From: Tricharina praecox | Lineage: Eukaryota | Direction: 5' to 3' | Length of the DNA: 64,000 bases | Assembly: GCF_024521635.1 (NCBI RefSeq) | Contig: NW_026250439.1 | Span: forward strand, 1-64,000 | Part shown: in pieces, positions 22,565-34,471 of the stretch | Numbering within the stretch: the first letter of the stretch is position 1 | Layout: every line of letters starts with the position of its first letter | The notes under the pieces: model-generated | The model's database searches: none | Seen by the model: the letters and a program-made list of their open reading frames with translations, nothing else | What the model was told of the DNA's origin: nothing | Program-made: the position numbers and the translations under genes

Positions 22565-24027
22565 ATCTTGATGCAGATAGGCACACGGCGTTGAAGTCAC
22601 TTTCTTCTTATAGGAAACGGGATTTCAGATTCGGTCATTGCATATGTTGCTCATCACGCAATGAACGGGAGGAATACGGAATCGGGCAGCGTGGAATAGG
22701 AGAGTTAAAATGCGAGTCTTCCACCGTGGTCAGGCCGAGGAGTGACGCGTCTGATCCATCGTGCCCGGTGGTGCCTGGGAGGGTACTTCGGAGGCAGGTA
22801 ATGGGGAGGAAGGGGGGCGGGGCGCGCCGCTTTCAACGTGACCAGGCCCGGCGAGAACACGGTGTCTGACCTATCCGTGACGATACCCAGGAAGCATCTG
22901 CGAACGCCGGCGGAGCGGATGAAGGAAGGGAGGGGAGCGTTACTTCCGTTGTGACCAATGCATCGGCGTCCGAATCGTCCTTGGGGATGCCCGGCATGGG
23001 GCTGAATGGTTCGGTAGCTTCGGAGGACACCGGAGGCACCGGTGGCAGCTGTGTTACCCGGAGCGCATACCCGTACCCGCGAGCCATGGTCCTGGCCACC
23101 TAGATATCACCTGTATATAGACGAAAACACCCACCATCTTCATGCTCTTAAATTTTACAGTAGATAGTGTGTGACACTGTGACCCGTAACTTGCGCCGGA
23201 ATATGATGGTTGCACAGGACTCCGTACGGATAGGTGGTTGACGTACTACTGCATCCACTGTTTCGCATGCAGAGGGGGCACACTACTGTAAACTTGACAT
23301 TGAAATTGTCGGGCTTGGGAATGGGCGGACTATGGCTTCGGGTAGGCAATGAGGATGATGGATGCCCTCTATACATGTAGTCGATCGCAAAAATTTCACC
23401 AACTCCTTCACAAAATCCGCGCCAGCTCTCCGAAGACACAAAAATTCATTGGTAAGTGCCATACCCCCCCTTCTTCCGCTTCCAGGTTCGTTCCGTGACC
23501 GCCAAACTTTCACAGTCTCTCAATCAACACCGTGCATTTCCACCTCCTCCGTTTCCACTTTCTCCGCCTCGGCCTCCTTGCGGTTTTCGCAGTCGCTGCC
23601 GCCTCCGCGCGTATGGTCATCGGCATCCAAAATGGCTCCGACGGCAGCGCGACCTGGCGTCGGAACAGTCGACCGACCCATGCGCCGGGAGTTCCTTTCC
23701 ACGCAGCCCACCAGTCCGTGCGCGTCTACAATCACAATCGGTAGAATCTGCGGCCTCATGCTCGAAGGCGGCGGTGGATCGTCGCTATGAATAGGAACAG
23801 TGACTTCTAGGTATGCCTACTGCTACGCTAAGGGCATCTCCACAGGTTCGTGCAATGGACGGAGTCGCTGGCGCGGGTGTTCATGATTGGGGCGAAGGAA
23901 AATTGACTGTCAATTGATGAATCACTTGAATATGCTCGCTACTTCGGAATCGAATCGATACACTAATTCTAATCTCTGGGGATCACTATTTACATTGGTA
24001 GTAAATGGACCTTTCTATCCCAGGGAA

Positions 24028-25239
24028 TCAGACCCCGAGCCATTCCAACCACTCTGGCTTCGTCGTTCCCTCGTCCGAATACGGCCGCACATACAGCCAC
24101 GCGAGACTCCCGGCGAGAAAGATTTCGTACATGGTCCCGCTATACGACAGCACCTTACATGCCGCCGGGCCATCCGGGAGGCTTCGGGCTCGCGGCGTGG
24201 AAACCGGGAGGTAGCACGCAAAGCCTAGCAGCGCACTAGCGACGACCCGGAATACCCACGTCCATTCCAACAGCCAAAACCCTATCATCGGTAGCCACAT
24301 ATAAAAGACGAATGTGTTTACTCTGAATCGATTATCAACAGCACACAGGTTGTTTATCGTAAGCACGATCAGAAACACCATGAGGTGGACGACCAGAAAA
24401 GTACTTGTGGGACCCTTGGGAGCTTCGCTGCGAAATTTGGAGATGGCCATGTAACACCCGTCGATCCCCGCAAAGAACCAGACACTCGAGAATGCAACGA
24501 TGCATGCCGGCGCCCACCAAGCTTTGCCGACAATGTCGGACACATGTTCACGACATTCGGCCACACGGTCGGCGGAAACCTTTTGGTCCCAACGCACCAG
24601 TAGTAATAAAGCGATCGACAACTACGAGAACACGTACATGAACCCGCAAGCTACGAGGAACGGTACTCCCGAAACGACGCAGGGCTTGATGAGCACAAAC
24701 ACGACGGGGATCGTTGTAAAGATCTGAATGCGAAGGTGGTTGCGGGACTGGCTGTCGTAGTACTGTGTTTCCGCCGCGCGGGCATGGCCGGTGATGCTGT
24801 GGGTGTTTTCGCTGCGGTGGAGAAGCAACACGCCAGCTGTCAGGCGGTAGCCATGCACGCTTCGGGAAATTCGCCGGCGTATCGATGTCGCCGTCGACGA
24901 TGGGCCGCCAAGTAATCCACTCTGTCGCCCATGAGGTGTCGTGAGAAGGCATATCACAATCATCACGCCCTCGATCGCGGAGGAGAGGGGCGAAAGTCGT
25001 CGCAGCCAATGTTCGGGCCCGCGAAAAACGAGCAATCCGTAGGGCTGTGTCAAGCAACAAAGCCACAGCGTGAGAATGGTTGAAATCACGTTTGCCTTGG
25101 TGAAAGTCGGAGGGTGGTGGCCTTTGGTCTCGTCCGAGTCGGTGGCGATGTCTCCCGCGAGGACGGTCGACAGGAATACCGACATGCCATCGAATGCCCC
25201 CCAAACAGGCGCATTTACAGCGAAGCGAGTGATATCCAT
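24028..25239 (-). pseudogene. Multi-pass membrane protein of unknown function (~403 aa) interrupted by one in-frame TAG at 24622-24624
   Basis: ORFs 24622..25239 and 24028..24621 are in the same frame and abut: ...ACGFMYVFS*LSIALLLLVRW.... Many hydrophobic segments lie on both sides of the stop. Confidence 0.75.
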
Positions 25240-27957
25240 TGATGGAAAGGCTATTACCGGAGAGATCTGCTCCTACCTTCAAGCTAAGTTGCCGTATAAC
25301 CTCGGATAACAGTTCACTTTGTGGAATGAGTTTAGCCTTAAAGACGGATTAAGGGCGGCTGAAAGATACTCGATCCTCAAAGACTTAATTCGATCCGTCG
25401 TTAAGCTTGGGGGTTGGAGTGATACGAGACGAGCTGGGTGTTGGTGGAGGTACGTATGTACCGCGCTTCAGACCAGCTTTTGTCATCTGAGCAAAAGTGC
25501 AGTTACGCGTTGTGCCCAAAGTGTTTGTGCTTGGCTATTTGGCTGCTTTCGGTTGCCGTACATGACCTGCGCTTTTGGTTTTTGGCTTCGGTGAAGCAGC
25601 CATGCAAGCACATCCGGGGTTTGGGGCATTTCAGTGGTGACCAGGTCGGCATCCAGTGGTGGGGAGTATTCTATTCGGCAATCTCCGCCGGTAGGCGGGC
25701 CGTGGATGATCGTCCTCCTCATGCAGACTTCGGAAATGAAGTTGCGGGTGCGGGGTAACGAGACCTGTACCTGCCTCATGCTATCAGGCGCCTACGCCCC
25801 GGGTTTCCGACAAGAATCCCCACAACTCGGGTTCGAGATAAGCTTTTCATTCCCGCTAACGGTTTGGCCAGCCCACCCCAGGCAAAATATAGCAGTTCAC
25901 AAATAGCCCATCCAAAAACTACCATGGGGATACTTATGCACGCCTATGCAGCTGCTCCGGACCGCGGACTTGAGCTAGCGACGGCTACAGCCGCTACACA
26001 GGTAAATCAACTGCCCACATGCTGCCCCTTAAACGCAAGGTAAAAAAAGCAGTGAATTCTGTCATTGTTTACCTTTGTTTATGCCGGTAACCGTTCATGT
26101 GATTGGCAGTACTGTTCGAGGACATCCATTGACGGGCTCATGGCTACCATATGACCGTGAACGAAGACTCATGATCTGAGCTGGGCGGCCTGTGCGGGTA
26201 GCGAGGGTTTTGTAGGAGCCCCGAAACGTCCCGCATTTGTGGCATCAGGCATTGATTAGGGCAGCCTGCCTAGATTCGAATCGGGTGTGTCACCCCCACC
26301 CTCGGAGCTATTACACCGATTGATGGCGAGCGGCTGCGGTACGTACTCGTACTCGTGCTCGTCAGTGAATTACTGATCCCACTCCGGTACTCTCCATGGT
26401 GGACGTGTTTACCGGGTCTGATAAACCGGGAACACGACGGTCAGGGGCAGCGAAGACGGGGAAAGTTTTGAAGTAGTACCTAGTGCCGGAGAGGATTTCT
26501 GGTTATATTTGCCGTTCCTCCGGCCACCATTTGTTGTTTTTTTCAGGGCACGCCTCCGGGTATTCCACTGGGTGCTGTATTCAGCCGAGGCGGTTGGGGT
26601 TGGGGTTGGCGAAGGAGCACCTCAACTTTTACTATTTCCCGTACACGATCGAGCGTAGCTGGAATATGGCGAAAAAGAAAAGAAGGAGCCGAATACTTCA
26701 TCGGATCGGATGTGCGGCACCTCCTAGCACCACGTGATACAAAGGCACAAGAGATACGAAGAAGCAAGCAACTGTACGTGTGCTCGGCGCTGAGGCTATA
26801 GGCTATACTAGCACCCGGCCCGTGTGCTAATAGAACCGTCTGAGGTCTACTACATGGGTCCTTGTTATCATGGCATTATGCCAATCGTGCAGGGTCGCCG
26901 CCGAGTCGATTTAAACAAATGGGATTATGGGCGTGCAGCGGACAGCCACAGGGGGTGGAAAGCTTATTTTAGCTAAGGTGTGGCCGCCAACTTTGCTCCA
27001 GCGTTGGGTAGCGACGCTTCTGTGCAGACGAGTGCTACGACGGACCATGGCGCTGGGAATCATGTAGCTACCTACACCGGATCTCAAAGAAGAAGGAAGA
27101 GGTTATATATAATGCCGGCGTGTCGGGTGGTACACTCGATATACACACATCCCATCGGATGGCGAGAAGTTCCACCGTACGGACTGGTTCCCGAGGTACT
27201 CTACACTTTTCTGAGCTCATGGCACTACCGTGAGTAATCCGTTCCGCACATTCGACCGAATTGGAGAACGTCTGAATGTTTGAAGAGGTCCGTAGAAAAA
27301 TATCTGGCCGCGGTGGTGATATTCTGTAGCGGCTGCGCTCGCTCTCCCCGTCCGCCCATCTAATGGCCACCAGGCCATCCGTTCAATCTCCAGCGATTTT
27401 CCCGATGGACACATTCCGCTACTATAGCCGGATATTGGTTTTTATCCAAGTTCATCAGCTGTTTCTAAATGGATCGATTTCGGCCGAGTTAGCCTCCCGA
27501 TGGGCATTGAGTTTATCCGTCAAGGAATGAGGCCACAGCGTATATTACTCTTCTCACCCATGCCACCGGTAATGCCCGGCACAAGCTATGCATTTGCACG
27601 TTACGAACCCCTCTATGTAGCTGTTTGCGACTGTCATTTCCAGGGATTTTGTGTTTGAGTTGGGTGGCACAAGGACTTCATTTGATCGAGTACCTACTCC
27701 ACTGCCGTCGCACGGGCCTGCCGGCACGATATCCGAGTTCATCATATAGGATCTCGCGTTCGGCACTGGCAATAACTCAGCCCGAGCCAATCGGATGTAA
27801 GATTCAGTGGCCTTCCAGTATTTCGCCAGCCCCAATTGCAAAGTACATATAAATCGTCAAATTTTCCGGTCTGTATTTCATTCTTCAGCCTACATAGACT
27901 GAAGCCGTTCTGTTCGTACATTCCCCACTCCTTTCGTTTAAAGAAAAAAACACAACA

Positions 27958-29217
27958 ATGCGTTTCACTACTGCTATCGTCGCTGCCATCCTCCAGCTTG
28001 CCGCTGCTATTGCAAATCCAACAAACGTCGAGAAACGTGCTTCTTGTACGCTTACCAGCTTCAGCGACCTTGCTTCGGTCAAGTCCAGCTGCACTACCAT
28101 CACCGTCGGTAATCTTGCCGTCCCAGCGGGACAGACTTTAGACTTCTCGGGCCTGATCAGCGGCACCAAGATAATCTTTACCGGCACCGTGACTTTCGGA
28201 TACGTGGAATGGGAAGGCCCTCTCGTGACCGTCGGCGGAAGCAAGATCACCATTACCGGTAGCCCCGGCCACCTATTCAACGGTAATGGTGCCTCTTGGT
28301 GGGACGGCCTGGGTGGCAACGGCGGAAAGATAAAGGTACATACCAGCACAGCAGCCAACCATGTATGAATCCGATCTAACGATTGTCATCAGCCCAAGTT
28401 CTTCGCCGCTCGTTTGACCGATTCGACAGTTACCGGTCTCAACATCAAGAACACCCCTCGCAATTGCTTCAGCGTCAACAAGTGCACGAACCTGACGATC
28501 GATTCGGTGATCTTTGACAACCGCGATGGAGACGTCACCAATGGCGGTCATAACACCGATGCTTTCAATGTTGGCTCCTCCACTGGCATCACCATCAACA
28601 ATGCCACGGTTTACAACCAGGACGACTGCTTGGCTGTCAACAGTGGAGAAAACATCGTCTTTTCTAACAACTACTGCTCAGTAAGGATTTCCCTGACATT
28701 TTTTTTTACCATTCACTCAAAGTTCTTACCTCTGACCCTAGGGTGGCCACGGTGTGTCCATCGGATCCGTCGGCGGCCGCACCGACAACATCGTCAAAAA
28801 TGTTACCATCTCCGATACCAGTATCGTGAACTCTGATAACGGTAATCTCTCCACGCACTCACTAACACGTCGTCGTGTTGACATGATGAACCAGGCGTCC
28901 GTATCAAGACCGTCTACAACGCGACGGGCTCGGTTTCCGACATCACTTATTCCGGCATCACGTTGCTGAACATCGCCAAGTACGGCATCGTCATTCAGCA
29001 GGACTATGAGAACGGTTCCCCAACCGGCACTCCCACCGCCGGGGTCCCCATCACCGGCCTCACCCTGAAGAGTGTCAAGGGCACCGTTGCGTCGAGCGGT
29101 ACCAACATCTACATCCTCTGCGCCTCGTGCTCCAACTTCTCCTGGTCGGGTGTGTCGGTAACTGGAGGAAAGAAGTCCACCAAGTGCCAGGGTGTTCCGT
29201 CGGGTGTCAGTTGTTAA
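27958..29217 (+). CDS. Endopolygalacturonase (GH28), secreted
   Basis: Exons 27958-28335, 28393-28680, 28742-28841, 28895-29217 with canonical splice sites. Signal peptide and KR propeptide site; catalytic motifs NTD, QDD, GHG and RIK all intact; [16 protein letters not shown] at about 27848. Confidence 0.97.
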
Positions 29218-31951
29218 GCGGCACACCGGCGAAGCGGCTTTGGTGGGGCCGTTAAAGACATGGCTGGTTGTGAAATAACTGTATCATATAAGAGAGAATG
29301 GGAATATATGTGTCGTTTCAATGAACGATACCTAGCCATTTCCGCTTGAAAACCGAGTTTCCGAGTGATTATTTGTGATAGTAGCCCTGTGGAAGGACGA
29401 GCACGCTCTAGCACCGAATGGTAGGGCTAGGCTGAAACTTGGCGGCACTAAGGGCTTAAACGGATGGGTTCCAGAGAATGGCAGATGCACAATAAGGGCA
29501 AGATATAATGAGAGTGCTACGGGTCTACAGGATCGAGTCGCCAATGCTCTTGGGCTGCTGTTCGTGGCAACTATCGTAGTCCTCCGTCGTTTGGTTCTCG
29601 GTCTATATTAAAAGCAGTTCTGACACAGGAACGGTAGCCGACTCGACGTTATAGATCATTTGACCTTCATGGGCTGGGAAATGGAAGCCATGAGAAGGTG
29701 GCATTGGCTTTGATATATTTGGATACCTAAACCTCCGACTCAGGATGTGGGAGATGACCGCGCAGGTTGCTGGAGTGATGTGGATGGCAGACGGCAGCTA
29801 AGTACAGGGGAAATACAGAAACCAAACCCAGCCAAATTTCCAAGATTCAACCGGCTAGTCGACTCACACTATTCAAGCGGTGCCATGTTCGGCGCCGGTA
29901 ACCGCCCGCGGCGGACTACCGGGAACACTGGAGGATCCGCATGTTTTCCAATCACAGAGGTCCTACGTTACTTCACAAGCGGTTTTCGGTTGTCCGTATC
30001 GTGGTCTACACACTTCGCAGAATTGGCCATGTGTATGTGCTAGTCTCCAGGGATAACGCTCCCCGTCCCTGTTTTACCAGCGACCGGGTGGAGATGTCCC
30101 TCTTGTGCTGCGAGACTGTGAAGACAATCGAGGAAGTTCGCAGTGAACATAGGAAGAATTTCTCTCTTACAAATGTCCTTTAGGCGGTAACTAGCTCCAT
30201 AAATACTTTCGAACGGAAAACAACAAACACGGATTGACGCATACCGAGTGACAGCAAGTGTAGACTACTCTCTATTACCAGATTATTGCTTTACGATAAG
30301 GCTTGACACTTGACACCCGTAGATATTTACTTACGTAGCTGCGAGCGTCCTGCGGCCGTATAATCACCAAAATACGGAATTTTCTAGAGATTTTAGGTCG
30401 GTCGGTGTCCTCGGTGAGTGAGGAGTCATGAGTGAGTTTGTAGCCAATCAGAACGTTCCTCTCTTGAGCGAGTGACACAATCTGCGATTTGCTTCCCAGT
30501 TAGTCGCATGGTTATGAATATTTCTGCAACCCACTAGGGACGACTACCATCACGCCCCGAGGCAGGCGGTTTGTCGTCAGCTATAGCACAGCTGAGAAAC
30601 TAAGAAACAGTTTAGCACAGCGGCTCAAATGTTGAGTTTAGTATGTTCGGAATCAAAGCGCCGAAATTCACATGTGCAACAGTTGTCAGTATGTCCTCGC
30701 CGCGGTGGAAACAGGAACCTGCCGCCCTGAACTGGTAATGCTAACGTGATACCGCCACAGCGCCGTGCTTGGAAACGAAGCTGCTCCGCATGCAGCTTGG
30801 CTAGCCATGCCTCCTTAACTGGTAGCAACCCGGACAGCGGAAAGGTGCCCTATTCGATAGCTCACGAGAATTTTGGCCGCGAGCGAGAAGGTCTCTGTGA
30901 TTGGATTGCGCCGGGAAATAATATTAGAGGTGTTGGGTAGGCTTTTCGATTGGATGACTGCGTGGTACCAGGTTCCTTTGGGTGGGTAACGTACCAGTGT
31001 ATCTGAGGATGAGTACATACGAGTAGGCACCACGAGTGGCATACTACGACTCTCAGTACTCGGCCATACCGGTTGGGGCACAGGTAATACATCTACGAGG
31101 CTTAGAAGCGGGTTGGCTTCGTCTCGATGGTAGAGTGATCTCTTACTGGTTCGCTCCCTGTTGTTCCGAGCCTGGGCGTAATTTGTGTTTACATCTGAGT
31201 GTTCATCAAGCTTTGTTTCCGTCCGGGATGCCGCTTTGTTCTCGAAGTTGACCTACGCGTGGTTGCATCTCGTGGATGGTTTCTTGTCTTATCGTATGCA
31301 TCGGTCGCTTCAATTCGCTTTTCCGCTTGACCGCATTTCGGGGGGTCGTTAATTTGAGGACTCCGCGATGAGGCTATTGTTCATGAGAGTGGATACAGAC
31401 ACAGTTAGGAGTCTTACATTCGCGGTATTTGTTTTGAAGTTCCGCGCACAGCTGTCATTAGAGGCCGTAACACCCAACAGCCCTGTAATTTCGATTTCCC
31501 GGCCAGACGAAAATTGAAAGTAACACGCATCCTGGAAATCGCGAAGCACTTCTGCACTCCTCAGAGCTTACTTCACCGTGTAGAAAAAAACCGGTCGTTT
31601 GCTCTACCTACGCTGCTTTTAAGCCGGGACCACTGATTGCCGATGGAAAACTCAATAGGCATGGAAACTGCACAGTAGAGGATTTTAGAGTCTGGTTCCT
31701 CTGTAAGTACCAAGCAGTCAATAACATCATATCATGCCCTACATTTCGTCCGGTAATTACAAAGAAAGCGACCTGCTTCTCGCAATCGCATTTCCAACTA
31801 ATCGTCTTGATCGATCTGGCATCTGTGGAAAACATCCGTCAAACCATGTAAACGACTTCATCAATTTTTTTGCCTCACCTGGATATTTCTTCGCACTACC
31901 TTTTCAGTCTAGGTTTATACCAGCAGGCTTGCATTCTGCAGTTGTAGTACG

Positions 31952-34471
31952 TCAATAACACTGCCATATGGTGCGGGGCAGGTTGCAGATATACACCTGA
32001 TACGACGTCGACACGAGGGAAGCCCTTAGGCGCGCCACCTGATTGACGGAAGAAACTGTCCGAGGGTGATTCTTGCCGAGGGTCGTCTCATAGCCGTCGA
32101 GAGCCCGCTGGAAACACTCGGCGGAACGGTCATAACAACCTCGATAATATTCTATAATTCCAAGCGTATACAGTGTATTTGAGATATTCGCAGTGTCTTC
32201 ATTTTTAGCACAGTGATAATATTTGAAAATATTTTGGGGGCCAAGATCAATATGGTTAGATATTCGTCGTTCAAATTCCAAATACTCTGCTGTCCTACCC
32301 GGGGAATCCGTGATAATAACTGTAGTAATCAATGATATCGCTTCATTCGCGTGTTTCCTCTGTTCCTGATCATTGACCCGCTCCCGGGCCCATTGTTGAA
32401 CGAGTGGGTGTATCCAGAAGCTGTCGCACTTAACAAACGAAGTGGCTTTCCGCTTGACCAGAGAGACCGCCAAGAGATTCTCAATAGCGAGGTCAAACGC
32501 ATTGTCATCTTTCGCAATGTCAGCCCACTAGTCACGCTGCAGAGACGTCATTCGAGCACACCTTGATTCAACCATTCGACCCCAGACTTCCCACGATGAA
32601 ACAACACATCCGGAATATCTTCGTTGCTTAGGAATGCTCATACGTGCAGCAGACGCGCAGCAGAAGGACAGAGCGCTTGAAACGAAATTTCCCAACAAGT
32701 GAAAACCGAGTCGTTCCGGTAGGTCCATACGCTTGGTTTTGTACTCGCAGTACGCTTGAAATTGTTTTCGAGCTTTTGCAGGTATGTTTTGCAATCGATC
32801 TATGTCATTGCGATGTACGCTGCAGCTTGGTTGATTGCCAAAGGGAGTCCCCCAAGTTTTTCCACAACTTCCTCTGCGTCCTTGATTTCTATCAGACCCA
32901 ATTAGCGAGAGCAGAAAAGCGAATCTGCGGCGATCGTATATAGTTACCTGTCGCTGTCAATTCTTCGCCGTCATCGCGTATAATCTTGGTCAGCAGTTCA
33001 CGGCCAACGTCTTTCTCCATCTCAGTAACCGAAACCGAATGACCAAGTAATTGGGTTTCCGAACGACGAGATGTTACGATTATGCTGCCCCAGTTCGAGT
33101 TTGGAAGGTAGCTCGAGATGTTGACCGCCTCGAAGTCCTCATGGTTGTCGACTAAAAGCAACCATCTCGAATTTCCCCTTCTTTGAAGCCATTGCCTAAC
33201 GCTTTTCCATACCAAGTCGGGATTGCCGACCGCCTCCTGATTGATATTGCCAGAAGGATCAATACCGCCTGGGACTCCCAGATCATTGGCGAGGCGTACG
33301 TAATCGGGATTCGGGGAAAATTCGGTAGCATAATGATGTACTAGCTGCTGGAGAACCCTGACACCGCTCGACTCCAAAGCTCCCCGGTCCTTTGCATCAA
33401 CCCATAGAATCGCGCTGTATAACTGCTCGTAGCGGAGGGCATACTCCAGAGCTATTTGCGTTTTCCCGATACCTCCCAAGCCATGTAGAGCGATCAACCG
33501 CCTCGCGGTAGAGGTGGAAGAAGTCACATCTGCCTCGGATTTCGCCGGATGGAATATCGCGTGAATCCGTTCGATCGCCTCGTCTCGGCCACAGAAGAAT
33601 TCGTTTCTGAGAAACGGTAGCTCCACTGGAAGCTGGAATTCGTCGAAAGAACGAGTCTTGTTCGTGGATGGCTTGTTCACTTCTACAATCAGTCTCGATG
33701 GTTTCGACTTGGCAATGGGAGCCTACCGGGTGGTACGAAGAGGGGTTTGGTGATCTTGGATAGACCTTCGTTGTATTCTTTGAGTCGACGAATAAGAGTA
33801 CCAAACTTTTCCTTGTCCGAGACAGCCCATTTCCACTGCTTGTATGAGGATATCTTTCTGTCAAAGCCGACTGCTGATTGTGCGATCTGTTCAACGATCG
33901 TCGCGTCCGAAATCACGGGAGCAAATGGTGCCGGATGAGAGGATAGGCTGGCGGTAGAGGCTGTCCTTTTGACTACCGTTATATCGGTCGATTTTTCGTC
34001 TCTCGGTTTTGATGGTGACCTCCCAACCAATTTCCGAAATTTGTTATGGATCGAGAAGCTTTTGGGTCTGCCGCGTTCTCGGTGTTTGCCCTCCGGGGTT
34101 ATCAGGATTCTTGGGATGGGCGACCCGGCCGAAGTCGGAGGCTGGCCCTCAATCCACAAGCCGTATGCGCTTCCCATACTCTCGATACTGGCGAAAAGAT
34201 GTGCGATTTCGGCAGCCGTATTGACGATAAGCTTATACCGATCGTTCTCCGACTCGAGGACTTCCTCAAGTTGGCGCCCAGCTGTGAATTCTGCTAATCG
34301 CCTCACCCAATCCTTCAAACTCTGCTCCTCTAGGCAGAACAGGTTGTGGTAATGGCGGAAGTCCTCATCGAGCGCCCGAACATCGGAGAAAACTGCGTAT
34401 CCTTGGAGACTCGTCTCGATGAGCAGACCGACTAGCCCGGGAATCCCTAAAAGAAGCCCGGTAACCTCCAT
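31952..34471 (-). pseudogene. NLR-type HeLo - NB-ARC - TPR gene with premature stops and a truncated TPR array
   Basis: N-terminal MEVTGLLLGIPGLVGLL...WKWAVSDKEKFGTLIRRLKEYNEGL (HeLo-like); intron 33726-33683; PFLRNEFFCGR, Walker A GLGGIGKT, WLLLVDN, IIVTSR; intron 32947-32889; GGLPLAINQAAAYI; IHPLVQQW; one TPR (FQRALDGYETTLGKNHPRT). In-frame TAG at 32800-32802 and TGA at 32638-32640. Confidence 0.9.

Noticed and set aside
26984..26990. CCGCCAA as a GaaR (GARE) site for the polygalacturonase
   Set aside because: Only a 7-bp core match about 1 kb upstream, lacking the flanking T bases; expected by chance.
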